This document shows, piece after piece, positions 10,821 through 21,823 of a stretch of DNA of 64,000 nucleotides. The stretch is taken from the NCBI GenBank assembly GCA_963712115.1, contig CAVQGX010000033.1:64001-128000 (forward strand). The letters run 5' to 3'. Position 1 is the stretch's first letter. Each line of letters opens with the position of its first letter. Below the pieces are notes generated by a model that was not told the DNA's origin, searched no databases, and worked only from the letters and a program-made list of their open reading frames with translations. The DNA comes from an uncultured delta proteobacterium (lineage in GTDB: Bacteria; Desulfobacterota; Syntrophobacteria; BM002). Both the position numbers and the translations under genes were made by a program.

Positions 10821-11321
10821 ATGAAATTATCTGGAAAAGCTTGGAAATTCGGGGCGGATATTGACACTGATGCCATTATTCCGGCTCGCTATCTGAACAC
10901 TTCGGATCCGCGGGAGCTTGCCCTCCATTGCATGGAGGACGCCGATCCCGAGTTTGCGCAAAAGGTCTCGCCAGGTGATGTTGTCGTGGCTGATAAAAAT
11001 TTCGGTTGCGGCTCATCCCGAGAACACGCCCCCATTGCCATTAAAGCGGCCGGGGTGAGCTGCGTAATTGCCGCAAGCTTCGCCCGTATTTTTTACCGCA
11101 ATGCCTTTAATATGGGATTGCCTATCTTGGAGTCGCCAGAGGCGGCGGCAGATGTCGTCACAGGTGAGCAACTTGAAATAGATCTGGCAACTGGAACTAT
11201 TGTCAACAAGAGCCGAAATCTTACCTATAAGGCGCAGCCAGTGCCGGTTTTCATGCAAGAATTATTGGCCGCCGGCGGCTTAATTCCCTATGTTATGAAA
11301 CGTCTCAGTTCCTCTGAGTGA
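10821..11321 (+). CDS. leuD: 3-isopropylmalate dehydratase small subunit
   Basis: DIDTDAIIP, NFGCGSSREHA; GGAGG RBS. Confidence 0.94.
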   Translation: MKLSGKAWKFGADIDTDAIIPARYLNTSDPRELALHCMEDADPEFAQKVSPGDVVVADKNFGCGSSREHAPIAIKAAGVSCVIAASFARIFYRNAFNMGLPILESPEAAADVVTGEQLEIDLATGTIVNKSRNLTYKAQPVPVFMQELLAAGGLIPYVMKRLSSSE

Positions 11322-11333
11322 ACACTTTGTAGA

Positions 11334-11487
11334 AAATCCTAAATGCGAATATCGAAATGCGAAACAATTTTAAATTTTCAAAATCCAAATTACCGAAACT
11401 TGATTTTTTGATTACGAGGCCGTTTGGAACGTTGGAGAATTTGTATTTTGAATTTGTTTCGTGCTTCTGATTTAGGATTTAGGATTT
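11334..11487. repeat. imperfect palindromic intergenic element (AAATCC/GGATTT arms)
   Basis: left arm AAATCCTAAAT...; right arm ...ATTTAGGATTTAGGATTT; relatives at 23375 and 33705. Confidence 0.65.
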
Positions 11488-11562
11488 GCTTCGAAACCAC
11501 GGAAGGATCTAAGGCGGTCGCGGTGATTTCAACGTGTGGATTTTCTTTTGCAGGAGGTGTTA

Positions 11563-12627
11563 ATGGGAAGCTCTTATCGGATTGGCTTGATACCCGGTGA
11601 CGGTACCGGCCCTGAGGTTGTGGCGGAAGGATTAAAAGCGCTTGCGGCGGTCGCTGAACGCAATGGCTTCTCCTATGAACTGATTAGGTACGATTTGGGC
11701 GGAGATCGTTATCTAAAAACTGGTGAAACTCTGCCCGCCTCAGTTCTTGAAGAACTCAAAAATTTGCACGCTATTTACTTAGGTGCCATAGGTCACCCTG
11801 AGGTTCCACCCGGTATTTTGGAACAGGGAATCCTGTTGACCATCCGCTTTGCTCTCGACCAATATATCAATCTGCGCCCGGTGGTGCTTTATCCCGGGGT
11901 CTGGACCCCACTTCGAGACAAGAAGCCTGAAGACATCGACTGCGTGGTGGTCCGCGAAAATACGGAAGGTCTCTATGTTGGCAGCGGTGGTTTCTTGAGA
12001 AAGGGAACCCCGGACGAGGTGGCCATCCAGGAATCGGTCAATACCCGCAAAGGCGTGGAACGCTGTATCCGCTATGCTTTCGAGCTGTGCCGTCGCCAGG
12101 GGCGTAAAAAGGTAACTCTCTGCGGCAAGACCAATGTGCTTACCTTTGCCTTCGACCTATGGGAGCGTACCTTTCATGAAGTGGCTGAGGAATACAAGGA
12201 TATCCAAAGGGACTATGCTCACGTAGACGCTCTTTGCATGTGGATGGTGAAAAATCCGGAATGGTTTGACGTCATTGTGACCGACAATATGTTCGGCGAC
12301 ATCATTACCGATCTCGGAGCCATGATTCAGGGAGGTATGGGTATAGCTGCCGGGGGCAACATCAACCCTGAGGGTGTATCCATGTTTGAGCCCATAGGAG
12401 GTTCAGCTCCCAAATACACTGGTAAAAACATGATTAATCCTTTGGCAGCCATTGCCGCCTTGGCCATGCTTCTGGATTACCTCGGAGAAGAAAATGCAGG
12501 AGATCAGGTTGAAGAGGCTATCAAAAAAGTGGTAAAAGATGACATTAAAAGCATGGATGCCGGGCGTATGGGTTACACCACCCAGGAGGTTGGTGATCTG
12601 GTAGCAAGATACATTACTGAAGCCTAA
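11563..12627 (+). CDS. leuB: 3-isopropylmalate dehydrogenase
   Basis: [25 protein letters not shown]; leuCD context. Confidence 0.9.
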   Translation: MGSSYRIGLIPGDGTGPEVVAEGLKALAAVAERNGFSYELIRYDLGGDRYLKTGETLPASVLEELKNLHAIYLGAIGHPEVPPGILEQGILLTIRFALDQYINLRPVVLYPGVWTPLRDKKPEDIDCVVVRENTEGLYVGSGGFLRKGTPDEVAIQESVNTRKGVERCIRYAFELCRRQGRKKVTLCGKTNVLTFAFDLWERTFHEVAEEYKDIQRDYAHVDALCMWMVKNPEWFDVIVTDNMFGDIITDLGAMIQGGMGIAAGGNINPEGVSMFEPIGGSAPKYTGKNMINPLAAIAALAMLLDYLGEENAGDQVEEAIKKVVKDDIKSMDAGRMGYTTQEVGDLVARYITEA

Positions 12628-12801
12628 GCAGTGTCCAACCACAGCAACTCTTTCCCCTCCCATGGTGGCCTCTGGCTCGGAGAGCTTACGCCTCGGAGAG
12701 GAGGGATTAAGGGGAAGAGATCGTAGAGCGCAAAGAGCAGAGCGCATAGCGTTTGGCGCTATGCGCCGTGCGGATTTTCATCCCATGAGAGGTTAAAACC
12801 A

Positions 12802-13821
12802 ATGGCGAAAGAGTATCATGTAGCGGTAGCCGGCGCCACGGGCGCGGTGGGCAACGAGATGATCAAGATCCTCCAGGAGCTGGAGTTTCCTTTAGCCTCC
12901 CTCAAGCTTTTGGCATCTTCCCGCTCTGCCGGAAAGACCCTAGAGTTTCGCGGTGAAGACTTGCCCGTTGAGGAGCTCCGAGCGGATTCTTTTGAAGGAC
13001 TGGATATAGCTCTTTTCTCGGCAGGCGCCGGACCGAGTCGAGAATTTGCCCCGGCAGCTGCCAATTCCGGCTGTGTGGTAATTGACAATTCTAGCGCCTG
13101 GCGTATGGATCCCGAAGTACCTCTGGTGGTACCAGAGGTAAATCCTCACGCCGTAGCCGATTACGAAAAAAAAGGAATCATAGCCAACCCCAATTGCTCT
13201 ACCATTCAAATGGTGGTCGTTCTCAAACCCATTTACGACGCTGCCGGGATCGAGCGGGTGGTGGTGTCTACCTACCAGGCGGTTTCAGGCACCGGCAAAC
13301 GGGCAATGGAAGAACTGACAAGCCAAACCAGAAATTTACTCAGCTTTCAGGAAGCCAAACCTGAGGTTTATCCATACCGAATTGCCTTCAACTGCTTCCC
13401 CCACATCGGCAGTTTTCTGGAAAATGGCTATACCGAAGAAGAAATGAAAATGGTCCATGAAACCCAGAAAATAATGGAAGATCCCACCATCCGGGTGAGC
13501 GCAACCACAGTGCGGATCCCGGTATTCTATGGTCACTCTGAGGCCGTGAACATCCAAACCAAAAGGAAGCTTACAGCCAAAGAAACCAGAGTTTTGCTTG
13601 TTCAAGCCCCAGGGGTAAGAGTGATGGACAATCCAGATGAACGAATTTATCCAATGCCATTGCATGCGGCGGGTATCAACGAGACCCTGGTGGGCAGAAT
13701 CCGAGAGGACACTTCCATTGAAAATGGGCTCGACCTTTGGATAGTGGCTGACAACATACGCAAGGGTGCTGCCCTGAACACAGTGCAGATTGCAGAGCTT
13801 TTGGCGAAAGACTATATTTAG
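12802..13821 (+). CDS. asd: aspartate-semialdehyde dehydrogenase
   Basis: GATGAVG, NPNCSTIQ, DNIRKGAA. Confidence 0.97.
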   Translation: MAKEYHVAVAGATGAVGNEMIKILQELEFPLASLKLLASSRSAGKTLEFRGEDLPVEELRADSFEGLDIALFSAGAGPSREFAPAAANSGCVVIDNSSAWRMDPEVPLVVPEVNPHAVADYEKKGIIANPNCSTIQMVVVLKPIYDAAGIERVVVSTYQAVSGTGKRAMEELTSQTRNLLSFQEAKPEVYPYRIAFNCFPHIGSFLENGYTEEEMKMVHETQKIMEDPTIRVSATTVRIPVFYGHSEAVNIQTKRKLTAKETRVLLVQAPGVRVMDNPDERIYPMPLHAAGINETLVGRIREDTSIENGLDLWIVADNIRKGAALNTVQIAELLAKDYI

Positions 13822-14020
13822 CCCGGTCAGTTGTCCGTAGTTGGCTCACTGCCTTCGCAGCAAAGCGCAGAGTGCCAAGCGGATAGGGTTAAAGCGATAA
13901 AGGAGAAAGACCGACTTTTCTTGCTTTTCCCGCTTTTCTCGCCGGTAAACGCTATGCGCTGCGCGACTTGAGACACTTTAGACACTTTAGGAACTTTAGG
14001 CATTTTGGGCATTTCTATTA

Positions 14021-14830
14021 ATGAAATTCCTCCAAGATCTCACACTTGGCCACTACTACCCCACTGAGTCAGCAATTCACTCCCTCGATCCACGGGTAAA
14101 GCTCTTAGGTTTGTTTCTGAGTGGAATTACACTTTTCTCCCTTGATAGAGTTTGGGGCTTGGCCATCTTTTTTCTCGCAGCCCTTTGGCTCATACGCTGT
14201 TCTCACCTACCACTGACTACTGTCCTCCGGGGATTGCGCCCCTTCGGCTGGCTTTTCCTTTTGACCGCTTGTTTGCAGCTGTTTTTCACTTCAGGGCAAC
14301 CAATTCTTCCTTTTGATTTGGGACCGCTGGATATTACTCGGGAGGGGGTCCATCAAGCAATTCGCATCGGGGGCCAACTAGCTCTTTTTATATTGTTTTC
14401 CTCCATTCTTACCCTGACTACTTCACCTATGGAACTGCTCCGCGCCTTGGAAAAGTTTGGCAGCCCTCTCAAACGAGTCCGCATTCCAGTGGCAGATCTA
14501 TGCCTGGCCATGCTCCTTTGCATTCGCTTTCTTCCCATACTGGGTCAAGAGGCGGAAAGGATTATTGAAGCCCAAGCGGCGCGGGGTATAGATCTCAAGT
14601 CTGGAACATGGCGTAATCGCCTAGAAAAATTCCATGGCATTTTTCTTCCCCTACTTTATAATGTCTTGGGACGCGCCGAGGAGCTGGCAACTGCTATGGC
14701 AGTCCGCGGCTACGGACAGGCCGTAGAAAAGCAGACCCTGAAGAGTATGCGTATGTCCAGGGGAGACCGTTTGAGCCTGGTAGCGATTGTTTTTTGGTGC
14801 ATCACGCTTTTTTGGTTCTTCCGTGGGTGA
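14021..14830 (+). CDS. ecfT: ECF transporter transmembrane component T
   Basis: LDPRVK, LTLTTSP, RFLP, AQAARG and AMAVRGY motifs. Confidence 0.9.
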   Translation: MKFLQDLTLGHYYPTESAIHSLDPRVKLLGLFLSGITLFSLDRVWGLAIFFLAALWLIRCSHLPLTTVLRGLRPFGWLFLLTACLQLFFTSGQPILPFDLGPLDITREGVHQAIRIGGQLALFILFSSILTLTTSPMELLRALEKFGSPLKRVRIPVADLCLAMLLCIRFLPILGQEAERIIEAQAARGIDLKSGTWRNRLEKFHGIFLPLLYNVLGRAEELATAMAVRGYGQAVEKQTLKSMRMSRGDRLSLVAIVFWCITLFWFFRG

Positions 14831-15393
14831 GGTTCAAATTGCGAATTATCGCCGGCGAGTACAAAGGGCTACGCTTGGCCACCCCAAAGGGCAAGCGTCT
14901 GCGACCCACGGCCGACCGGGTGAGGGAGGCCATCTTCAACATTCTCGGTTATGATTTAAGTGGACTCTGGGTTCTTGACCTTTTCGCCGGCACCGGGGCC
15001 ATGGGATTAGAGGCACTCAGTCGCGGCGCAGGCTTTGTGGTCATGGTGGACCAGCACCCTGCTGCCATACGGCTGATTGGCCGCAACCTGGCTGCCTGTG
15101 ACAACCCCGAGCACGCCAGGGTCTACAAGCTGGATTTGCGCCGGGGCCTTAAGGGCTTAACTAACCAGGATTACAGCTTTGACTTAGTGTTTCTGGATCC
15201 CCCATACGGACGGGGGTTGACCCAGCGCTGCCTGGAGCAACTCGGAACCGGCAAGCTCCTAAAAGCGGCCGCCACCGTGGTTAGCGAGCATGCCATTGAC
15301 GAGAAACTCACTTCAACCTATGGATGCCTTCGCCGCCAGACCATGCGGGTTTATGGGACTACTGGAGTGAGCTTTTACTCACGGGGAGAATAG
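14827..15393 (+). CDS. rsmD: 16S rRNA m2G966 methyltransferase RsmD
   Basis: RIIAG, RPTADRVREAIF, DLFAGTG, DPPY; GTG start overlaps ecfT stop. Confidence 0.93.
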   Translation: MRFKLRIIAGEYKGLRLATPKGKRLRPTADRVREAIFNILGYDLSGLWVLDLFAGTGAMGLEALSRGAGFVVMVDQHPAAIRLIGRNLAACDNPEHARVYKLDLRRGLKGLTNQDYSFDLVFLDPPYGRGLTQRCLEQLGTGKLLKAAATVVSEHAIDEKLTSTYGCLRRQTMRVYGTTGVSFYSRGE

Positions 15394-15399
15394 AAAACA

Positions 15400-15906
15400 A
15401 TGAAAGACCAGAGATTGACTGTCTACGCTGGTTCCTTTGATCCTATCACCAACGGGCATCTGGATTTATTGGAGCGAGCTTTAAAGATGTTCGACAACAT
15501 TATCATTGCCGTGGCTGAGAACCCGGCCAAAGAACCGCTTTTTACCCTCGAGGAACGGCTTGAACTCATTCGTGCCAGTCTGGCCAATCACGCGGAGCCC
15601 CATCGTATAAAGGTTGACAGCTTTAAGGGACTGCTGGTGGATTACGTTGAGAGGTGCGGAGCTATGGCCATTCTCAGAGGTTTACGAGCCGTAAGCGACT
15701 TCGAGTACGAGTTTCAGATGGCTCTTATGAACCGGAAGTTGAATAGAAGGCCGGAAACTCTATATCTGATGACCGGTGCACGTTGGATCTACATCTCATC
15801 TAGAATAATCAAGGAGGTAGTCCAGGCGGGAGGCAGAGTTACCGGATTGGTACCAGAGGCTGTTGAAAAAAAGCTGCGGGAAAAGATTTTGGGCGAGACG
15901 GGTTGA
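15400..15906 (+). CDS. coaD: pantetheine-phosphate adenylyltransferase
   Basis: GSFDPITNGH, RGLRAVSDFEYE. Confidence 0.96.
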   Translation: MKDQRLTVYAGSFDPITNGHLDLLERALKMFDNIIIAVAENPAKEPLFTLEERLELIRASLANHAEPHRIKVDSFKGLLVDYVERCGAMAILRGLRAVSDFEYEFQMALMNRKLNRRPETLYLMTGARWIYISSRIIKEVVQAGGRVTGLVPEAVEKKLREKILGETG

Positions 15907-16211
15907 TTCTAGATTTTTAGTCTAACCAGATAAATCAGATTAACTCATTAGACAGCCAGCGTTTTAATTGAGGAGTGAACCGACCCAACAAGCTGCGGTT
16001 TTCTTCTCGCCTTTTACCCTTGCCATTTCATTATTTTTACTTTCCTTTCGTCCCTTGTAGAGTTTCTCCATGGAAGCAATAGAATATCTTGCGACCTAGA
16101 TTTTTTCTGAATGGCCTATATATATGGCATAGGGCATGGAGCATAGGGCAGAATTGCGGATTTAAAAAATATCATATCTGGATATTAATTAGGTTGGATA
16201 ATAAGCGTCAG

Positions 16212-16892
16212 ATGAAAATTAGAGTTGAATACATATCTTTTGAAACACGTGCTGCAAGAACCATATACCTGGCAGAGAAATTTAGCCGTTATTTGGTTGG
16301 ACGCACACTTGATGTTGGATGCGACGAGGCTCATTTAAAAGAACTGCTTCCCGACATAGAATACACCGGATTAGATATTGCTGGGAATCCGGATATAAGA
16401 TTGGATCTTGAAAAGGTCGAATGGTTGCCTTTCCGTGATAGTTCTTACGACTGTGTCATATGTGTAGATGTATTGGAGCACCTTGATAACCTGCATCGCA
16501 TCTTCGGAGAGTTGATCAGAGTGGCAAAGAAGAATTTAATTATCTCTTTGCCGAACTGCTGGTCAGTAGCCAGACGGCCCCTTGGAAAAGGAAAGGGTTC
16601 TTTCGCTCACTATGGTTTGCCGCAGGATCCACCATCTGACAGGCATAAATGGTTTTTCAGCCTTTCTCAAGCAAGAGAATTTGTTTTGCAGCAAGCGAGA
16701 AGATACGGAATTTCCATCGCTGAGCTTCATGCAACAGAGAAACCGAGGCTGGGCCTTGTAAGGGCCCTACGTAAAATCCGTTATCCCAAGCAGGAGTCCT
16801 ATCTAAACCGGTATGCCCATACCTTATGGGCGGTTTTTTATAAAGCTGAAGTAGTCTGCCAGAATTTGAGCATGATCGAACGCCAGCGATGA
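16212..16892 (+). CDS. class I SAM-dependent methyltransferase
   Basis: LDVGC, DVLEHL motifs. Confidence 0.8.
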   Translation: MKIRVEYISFETRAARTIYLAEKFSRYLVGRTLDVGCDEAHLKELLPDIEYTGLDIAGNPDIRLDLEKVEWLPFRDSSYDCVICVDVLEHLDNLHRIFGELIRVAKKNLIISLPNCWSVARRPLGKGKGSFAHYGLPQDPPSDRHKWFFSLSQAREFVLQQARRYGISIAELHATEKPRLGLVRALRKIRYPKQESYLNRYAHTLWAVFYKAEVVCQNLSMIERQR

Positions 16893-17273
16893 AGGCAGGT
16901 CTTCTTTGCTAAACACTCCCACCTCAAGGGCGTCATCTCTGGCCTCTGGCTTACCTCGGGCGTGAGCCAAGAAAACTACCGAGATAGTGTGGTGGCGTGG
17001 ATCCCGATCAGGAGCAGAGTACGCACCGAGCTGCCCTAAAAGCTCTACTTTTAGAGATGTCTCTTCCCGGGCCTCACGCCGGGCTGCATCCTCCAGCGAC
17101 TCGCCGTAATCCACAAAGCCACCAGGTATAGCCCAGCCAAAAGGCTCCTTAGCCCTCTTGATCAAGATGATCCCTTTGTCTTCCAGTTCAATTATGATGT
17201 CCACCGTGGGTATAGGGTTTCTGTAACTGTACACCAACCTGCCACAATGGGGACAGGTCAATCCTTCTTTCAA
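16824..17273 (-). CDS. NUDIX hydrolase with N-terminal CxxC
   Basis: [24 protein letters not shown] Nudix box; CPHC. Confidence 0.92.
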   Translation of the reverse strand: MKEGLTCPHCGRLVYSYRNPIPTVDIIIELEDKGIILIKRAKEPFGWAIPGGFVDYGESLEDAARREAREETSLKVELLGQLGAYSAPDRDPRHHTISVVFLAHARGKPEARDDALEVGVFSKEDLPSSLAFDHAQILADYFSFIKNRP

Positions 17274-17434
17274 AGTTATCTCCTTTCCTTGGAGTCAGTA
17301 CTTCGTCCTTAGTCTTTGATCGTAGTCAATCTCAAATGCCTAAAATGTGCTAAAGTGTACTAAAATGAGCTAAAATGCTTAAATGGTCTGAATAAATGGC
17401 CAAAGTTAATTCGCAGTGATTCTTGACAAAATCA

Positions 17435-18763
17435 TTATTGCTTTCGCAGCAGTAGATGCTCCAAGATGAGTACCAGCACGATACCAACAACCAGGCCATT
17501 GCTCACTACCACTCCTATTGATGCAGGGAGGATCGCAAAGAAGGATGGTGGCAAGGCTGCAACCAATGTTCCTATGATCACAGGCAGCCCCACAACCAGG
17601 TAATCCCGGCCCGCCAAAGACCTTCCCCCTGAGGTAATCACCGAGATCCCTGCTCCCACTTGGGAACCCAAGGCAACACACAGGGCAGCACCGACCACCG
17701 TTGCAGGTACTGCAGTCAATAAGGCATTCAGTCGTGGTATGAAGGCTGCGACAAGTAAGATTATGCCGCACATGGCCTGAGCATATCTGCTCGCGACTCT
17801 GCTGACAAGGATCACGCCGGGACTACTGGAGTAACTAACCGTGCCCACCACACCTAACCCTGCAGCCGCCACTCCGGCCAAACCGGTCACCCCGATTCCT
17901 CGATCGACCCGCCTCGTCAGGTCCTCCTTTCCCACGATCTCCCCCACTCCATGAATGCTTCCCACTGAATTAACTACTACGGCCAGATAGGCAAAGAAGC
18001 ATGAAATGACGGCGGGCAGATAAAAGCGGGGCATTCCGGTCCAAAGCCGGGCCGGAAAAGAAAACCAGGATGCCTCCCTCACCGGCTGAAGGTCCATAAG
18101 GCCCCAGAGCCAGAAGATGAATGTGCCCACCACTATTCCCACTATCATAGCTGTCGTCTGCCAAAATCCTTTTAGCCAGTGGGATAAAATGGCGATGAGC
18201 ATGATCAGCGCCAAAGAAGCGGCAAATATTGCGCCGTCGCCCTTGGGATGGGCCGGATCAACGCCAATCAGCAGTGGTAACAAATAGGGCAAAAGGGTGA
18301 AAGCGATTAGCAGAAGTATCACTCCCACTACATTTGGAGTGAAATAGTTTGTCAAGTGGCGCATCCAACGAAGCCGCCCAATTACGAAAAGAATCAGACC
18401 ACCAAACAAGAAACCCCCTTTAATGGCCGCCAACCCGCTGGGCGCTAGGGTAACAAAGGTGAGGAGCAGTGCGGTGGCTGGTCCCTCTTGCAAAGGGTAC
18501 TTGTGCCCGGCCAAAGTTTGCCATGTGGTAAAAGTTCCTGCGAGTAAGAGAATTTTTTGAAAAAACGCCACCTCATCCTCGGTTGGTAAGTTGAGTGCTT
18601 TAGCAGAAATAGAGGCCACTATAACCAAAGCAGGGAACATAATCAGTGCCCACTGTGCTCCATATAAGAGATTGCGCCAAAAAGGGGGACGCTGGTTCAG
18701 GCTGTAAAAGAACCACTGGTCATCCATTTCACCCTCGTTCTTCATACTCAGGGGGAGAAGCAC
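17435..18763 (-). CDS. NCS2/xanthine-uracil family permease (start uncertain)
   Basis: highly hydrophobic, YSLNQRPP...GAQW start and V-ASRY signature region. Confidence 0.85.
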   Translation of the reverse strand: MLLPLSMKNEGEMDDQWFFYSLNQRPPFWRNLLYGAQWALIMFPALVIVASISAKALNLPTEDEVAFFQKILLLAGTFTTWQTLAGHKYPLQEGPATALLLTFVTLAPSGLAAIKGGFLFGGLILFVIGRLRWMRHLTNYFTPNVVGVILLLIAFTLLPYLLPLLIGVDPAHPKGDGAIFAASLALIMLIAILSHWLKGFWQTTAMIVGIVVGTFIFWLWGLMDLQPVREASWFSFPARLWTGMPRFYLPAVISCFFAYLAVVVNSVGSIHGVGEIVGKEDLTRRVDRGIGVTGLAGVAAAGLGVVGTVSYSSSPGVILVSRVASRYAQAMCGIILLVAAFIPRLNALLTAVPATVVGAALCVALGSQVGAGISVITSGGRSLAGRDYLVVGLPVIIGTLVAALPPSFFAILPASIGVVVSNGLVVGIVLVLILEHLLLRKQ

Positions 18764-19001
18764 GCCTTAGGTCAGGCACTAAAGTGCGAGGTGCAGTTCG
18801 GGGGCACTGGAGCGCTGATTTCGGATTTTGGATTTCGGATTGAAAATCAAAAGATACGAATCGAAAACTGATTTAAAATTCCGCAATCGCGCTACTCCAA
18901 CACTCCAATACTCCAACACTCCTTTGGCGGTCTTAAGGTCGGAGCAATGGAGCTTTAATAGATCACGCCCAATGGACTAAGCTCTGCGAAAGGGGTGGTC
19001 T

Positions 19002-19952
19002 TTAATGTTGAATTTCGAATAATAGACTGATGGAATCTTCGTTGTGGATACTTTTTATGGCTTCAGCAAACAGCCTAGCCGATGAGAGCACTTTAAGGTT
19101 GGGGATGTTTCCTCTTTCTGGTCGCTTCGGTAGAGTGTCTGTGACAACTACCGAACCAAAAGGACTCTGGTTCAATCGTTCTACAGCTGGCCCGGAGAGA
19201 ATGGCATGGGTACAGCAGGCATGCACCGAACTGGCACCTTTGTCTAAAAGAGTACGGGCCGCTTCCACCAGAGTTCCACCAGTGTCCACCATGTCATCCA
19301 GAATAACCGCAGTCTTACCTCTCACCTCTCCGATTAGGTGCATAGCCTCAGCCTGGTTTGCACCTGCTCTCCGCTTGTCGATGAGGGCAAGCCCAGCGTT
19401 CAGTCTGCTGGCATATGCGCGGGCCCGGGGTACCCCTCCAGCGTCGGGGGCAACTATGACAACCTCTCGAAATTTCTCTCTGAGGTGAGGCAGAAGAATG
19501 GGAGAGGCATAGAGGTTATCCACAGGGATGTTGAAAAAGCCCTGGATCTGACCTGCATGCAAATCCATGGTGAGCACCCGATCAGCACCCACCGCCGTAA
19601 GGAGGTCGGCTACCAATCTTGCAGTGATAGGTACACGGGGTTTGTTTTTACGATCCTGGCGGGCGTATCCGTAGTAAGGCATTACGGCAGTGATCCTCCG
19701 TGCCGATGCTCTTCTCAGGGCGTCGATTATTACCAAAAGCTCCATAAGATTGTCGTTCACAGGATGGGCAAGGGACTGGATAACAAAGGTGTCTGTGCCT
19801 CTGACACTTTCTCCGAGCTCCACCAAGGTCTCGCCATCACTGAATCTATCGATTCTGGCCCGACCCAGGGAAATTCCAAGTTGATCACAGATCTTTTGTG
19901 CCAGCTTTGGGTTGCTATTGCCGCTCACGATTCTTAGGCCCACCGTTGCCAT
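19002..19952 (-). CDS. prs: ribose-phosphate pyrophosphokinase
   Basis: [35 protein letters not shown]. Confidence 0.96.
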   Translation of the reverse strand: MATVGLRIVSGNSNPKLAQKICDQLGISLGRARIDRFSDGETLVELGESVRGTDTFVIQSLAHPVNDNLMELLVIIDALRRASARRITAVMPYYGYARQDRKNKPRVPITARLVADLLTAVGADRVLTMDLHAGQIQGFFNIPVDNLYASPILLPHLREKFREVVIVAPDAGGVPRARAYASRLNAGLALIDKRRAGANQAEAMHLIGEVRGKTAVILDDMVDTGGTLVEAARTLLDKGASSVHACCTHAILSGPAVERLNQSPFGSVVVTDTLPKRPERGNIPNLKVLSSARLFAEAIKSIHNEDSISLLFEIQH

Positions 19953-20244
19953 ATCCGACTCTCCTTACAGAAAGATTACGGCCTGCTAACATATTACAGT
20001 CCAGCCCAAATGGCAAGACTTGAAGATTCCCTATCTTATTTTTTGGAAGAGGTCTGACTGATCGTTACGGTGGGGAGGCCAAAACAACGTTTCTCAGCAG
20101 AGCGCAGAGCGTATGAATTCATTGATACGAATTTGGATCTGATTGTTTGCAGACTGAGAAAAGAAAAGCATGGAACTGGTAATGTGGAGTCTATGCAAAA
20201 AACGCTTTTTCGCCATGCGCTATGCTCTATGCCCTATGCGCTAC

Positions 20245-20613
20245 TTAGTGACCGCCACAATGATCACAGCAGTGAACTGTGGCCGCCAAGGCCTTGACAA
20301 CCTCTTTGGGTTCAGCCTTTACAACTTCAACGACTTTCAGCTCAAGGGCCAAACCGCTCTCCAATTTAGGCCACTCCTCTTGAGATAGTAGACGGGATGC
20401 TACAAACGCTGCTGTATCAGGATCTAGATTAAGTTCCAGATGGTCGCCTTCTCTTAGGTTCTCTAGTTGCTGGTCCACCCCATCAATCCAGGACTCTACT
20501 CCATAGAGAAAGCGGTGCTGCCCTGATTTTTCAATGACCCTGTCCTCCCGGTCCTTATCATGCAACCGAAAAACAACCGTAACATAATGCAGTGGCATCA
20601 CTTGTGACGACAT
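20245..20613 (-). CDS. short FKBP/SlyD-like protein with Cys/His tail
   Basis: VTVxFxL...FLYG...LENLREGD...LELKVVEV pattern; ends CCDHCGGH. Confidence 0.55.
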   Translation of the reverse strand: MSSQVMPLHYVTVVFRLHDKDREDRVIEKSGQHRFLYGVESWIDGVDQQLENLREGDHLELNLDPDTAAFVASRLLSQEEWPKLESGLALELKVVEVVKAEPKEVVKALAATVHCCDHCGGH

Positions 20614-20843
20614 TGCGGTGATCTCCCCAGCGTATTGTGAGCTTGATTAATTTATCATACCATTTTTTATTTTATCGACCTTATACCACTTTTTCCATCA
20701 ACAATGTACCTTATCCGCAGATTTATCTCTTCTTGTTGTTTTTCTATCTCTCCGGTGCATCTGACAAAAAAAGTCAGAAATATTTGATTTTTTCACTCCT
20801 TGCCGATACTATTCGAACGGGCATCATCTAGAAGGGGGTAGAA

Positions 20844-21344
20844 ATGTTCTCGCAAGCTAGGCCTAGGAAGAAGTTATCTCGGTTGATTCTGATCTTTGTA
20901 GCGACCTTTGCTCTCTCCTCACCTTTTATCGCCCGACTCGAAGGCGGTAAGGCAAAGGATTTCACCCTACTGGATATGAACGGCAATAAGGTGCGCCTTT
21001 CTGAGTTGGCTGAGGACAAACCGCTATTACTTTATTTCTGGGCGAGCTGGTGTAAACCTTGTCGACTGACCACACCTCAGGTTTCCACCCTTGCCGAGAA
21101 GTACAAGGATCGAATCACCGTTATTGGGATAAATGTGGGAGGAGTGGATTCGCTGAAGGTTGTCAAAAAATATAACAAACGCTACGAGATCAACTACCCC
21201 TTATTGATTGATTCAGACAACGAGACGGTAGAGGCCTATTCCGTTCATGCCATTCCAACCGTTATTTTACTGGACAAAAACGGCAAAGTCCTTTTTCGAG
21301 ACAATGAACCACCTGAAAAACTGGAAGAGCTCTTGCCAAAATAG
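20844..21344 (+). CDS. TlpA/ResA family thiol-disulfide oxidoreductase
   Basis: N-terminal hydrophobic segment, DFTLLD, FWASWCKPC, IPT cis-Pro. Confidence 0.9.
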   Translation: MFSQARPRKKLSRLILIFVATFALSSPFIARLEGGKAKDFTLLDMNGNKVRLSELAEDKPLLLYFWASWCKPCRLTTPQVSTLAEKYKDRITVIGINVGGVDSLKVVKKYNKRYEINYPLLIDSDNETVEAYSVHAIPTVILLDKNGKVLFRDNEPPEKLEELLPK

Positions 21345-21548
21345 CTAATTCCCATTGCTCGAAGATTCGTTATCCTGCCCCTCTCCCTCCCTCCTTTTGC
21401 GTTTGAGGTAGTTGGCCGCACAGCTCATCAAGATGAGCATGCCTAGAACCATAGGCATGAACTCACCTTGATTGTAAGCGCGGTAGATGCCAACGCAAGT
21501 TACCAGAATACCCACTAGAATACTGGCTACGAGCAACCGGAAGCTCAT
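21345..21548 (-). CDS. small two-TM hypothetical protein
   Basis: two hydrophobic segments and charged tail; GAGAG upstream. Confidence 0.55.
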   Translation of the reverse strand: MSFRLLVASILVGILVTCVGIYRAYNQGEFMPMVLGMLILMSCAANYLKRKRREGEGQDNESSSNGN

Positions 21549-21574
21549 ATTTCACTCTCTCATTGCTTCTCTGT

Positions 21575-21768
21575 TATGACGCTGCTTCGTCATTAAGTCA
21601 TTTGGGCTTGTCGCCCCTTATCCATGGTCATTTGGCTTCGCCGTCAATAGGGCTGGCGCCTGTCATCAGGCCTTACGGCCGTCATTAAGTTGTTTCAAGT
21701 CCACAATGATAGTTAACCATGAATGACAGCGTAGCGTAATGACACGAAGGCAAATGACCTAATGACTC
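21575..21768. repeat. inverted array of GTCATT / AATGAC units
   Basis: several GTCA(T/A) units on the left and AATGAC units on the right; related tract at 51915-51963. Confidence 0.6.
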
Positions 21769-21823
21769 AAAACACCAAACGCTTTGCCTGGAACTGACAG
21801 CAGATGACCACAAGTTGCCCTTG

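Noticed and set aside
21575-21768. CRISPR array
   Set aside because: Units are about 6 bp with irregular short spacers, are inverted, and have no cas genes nearby
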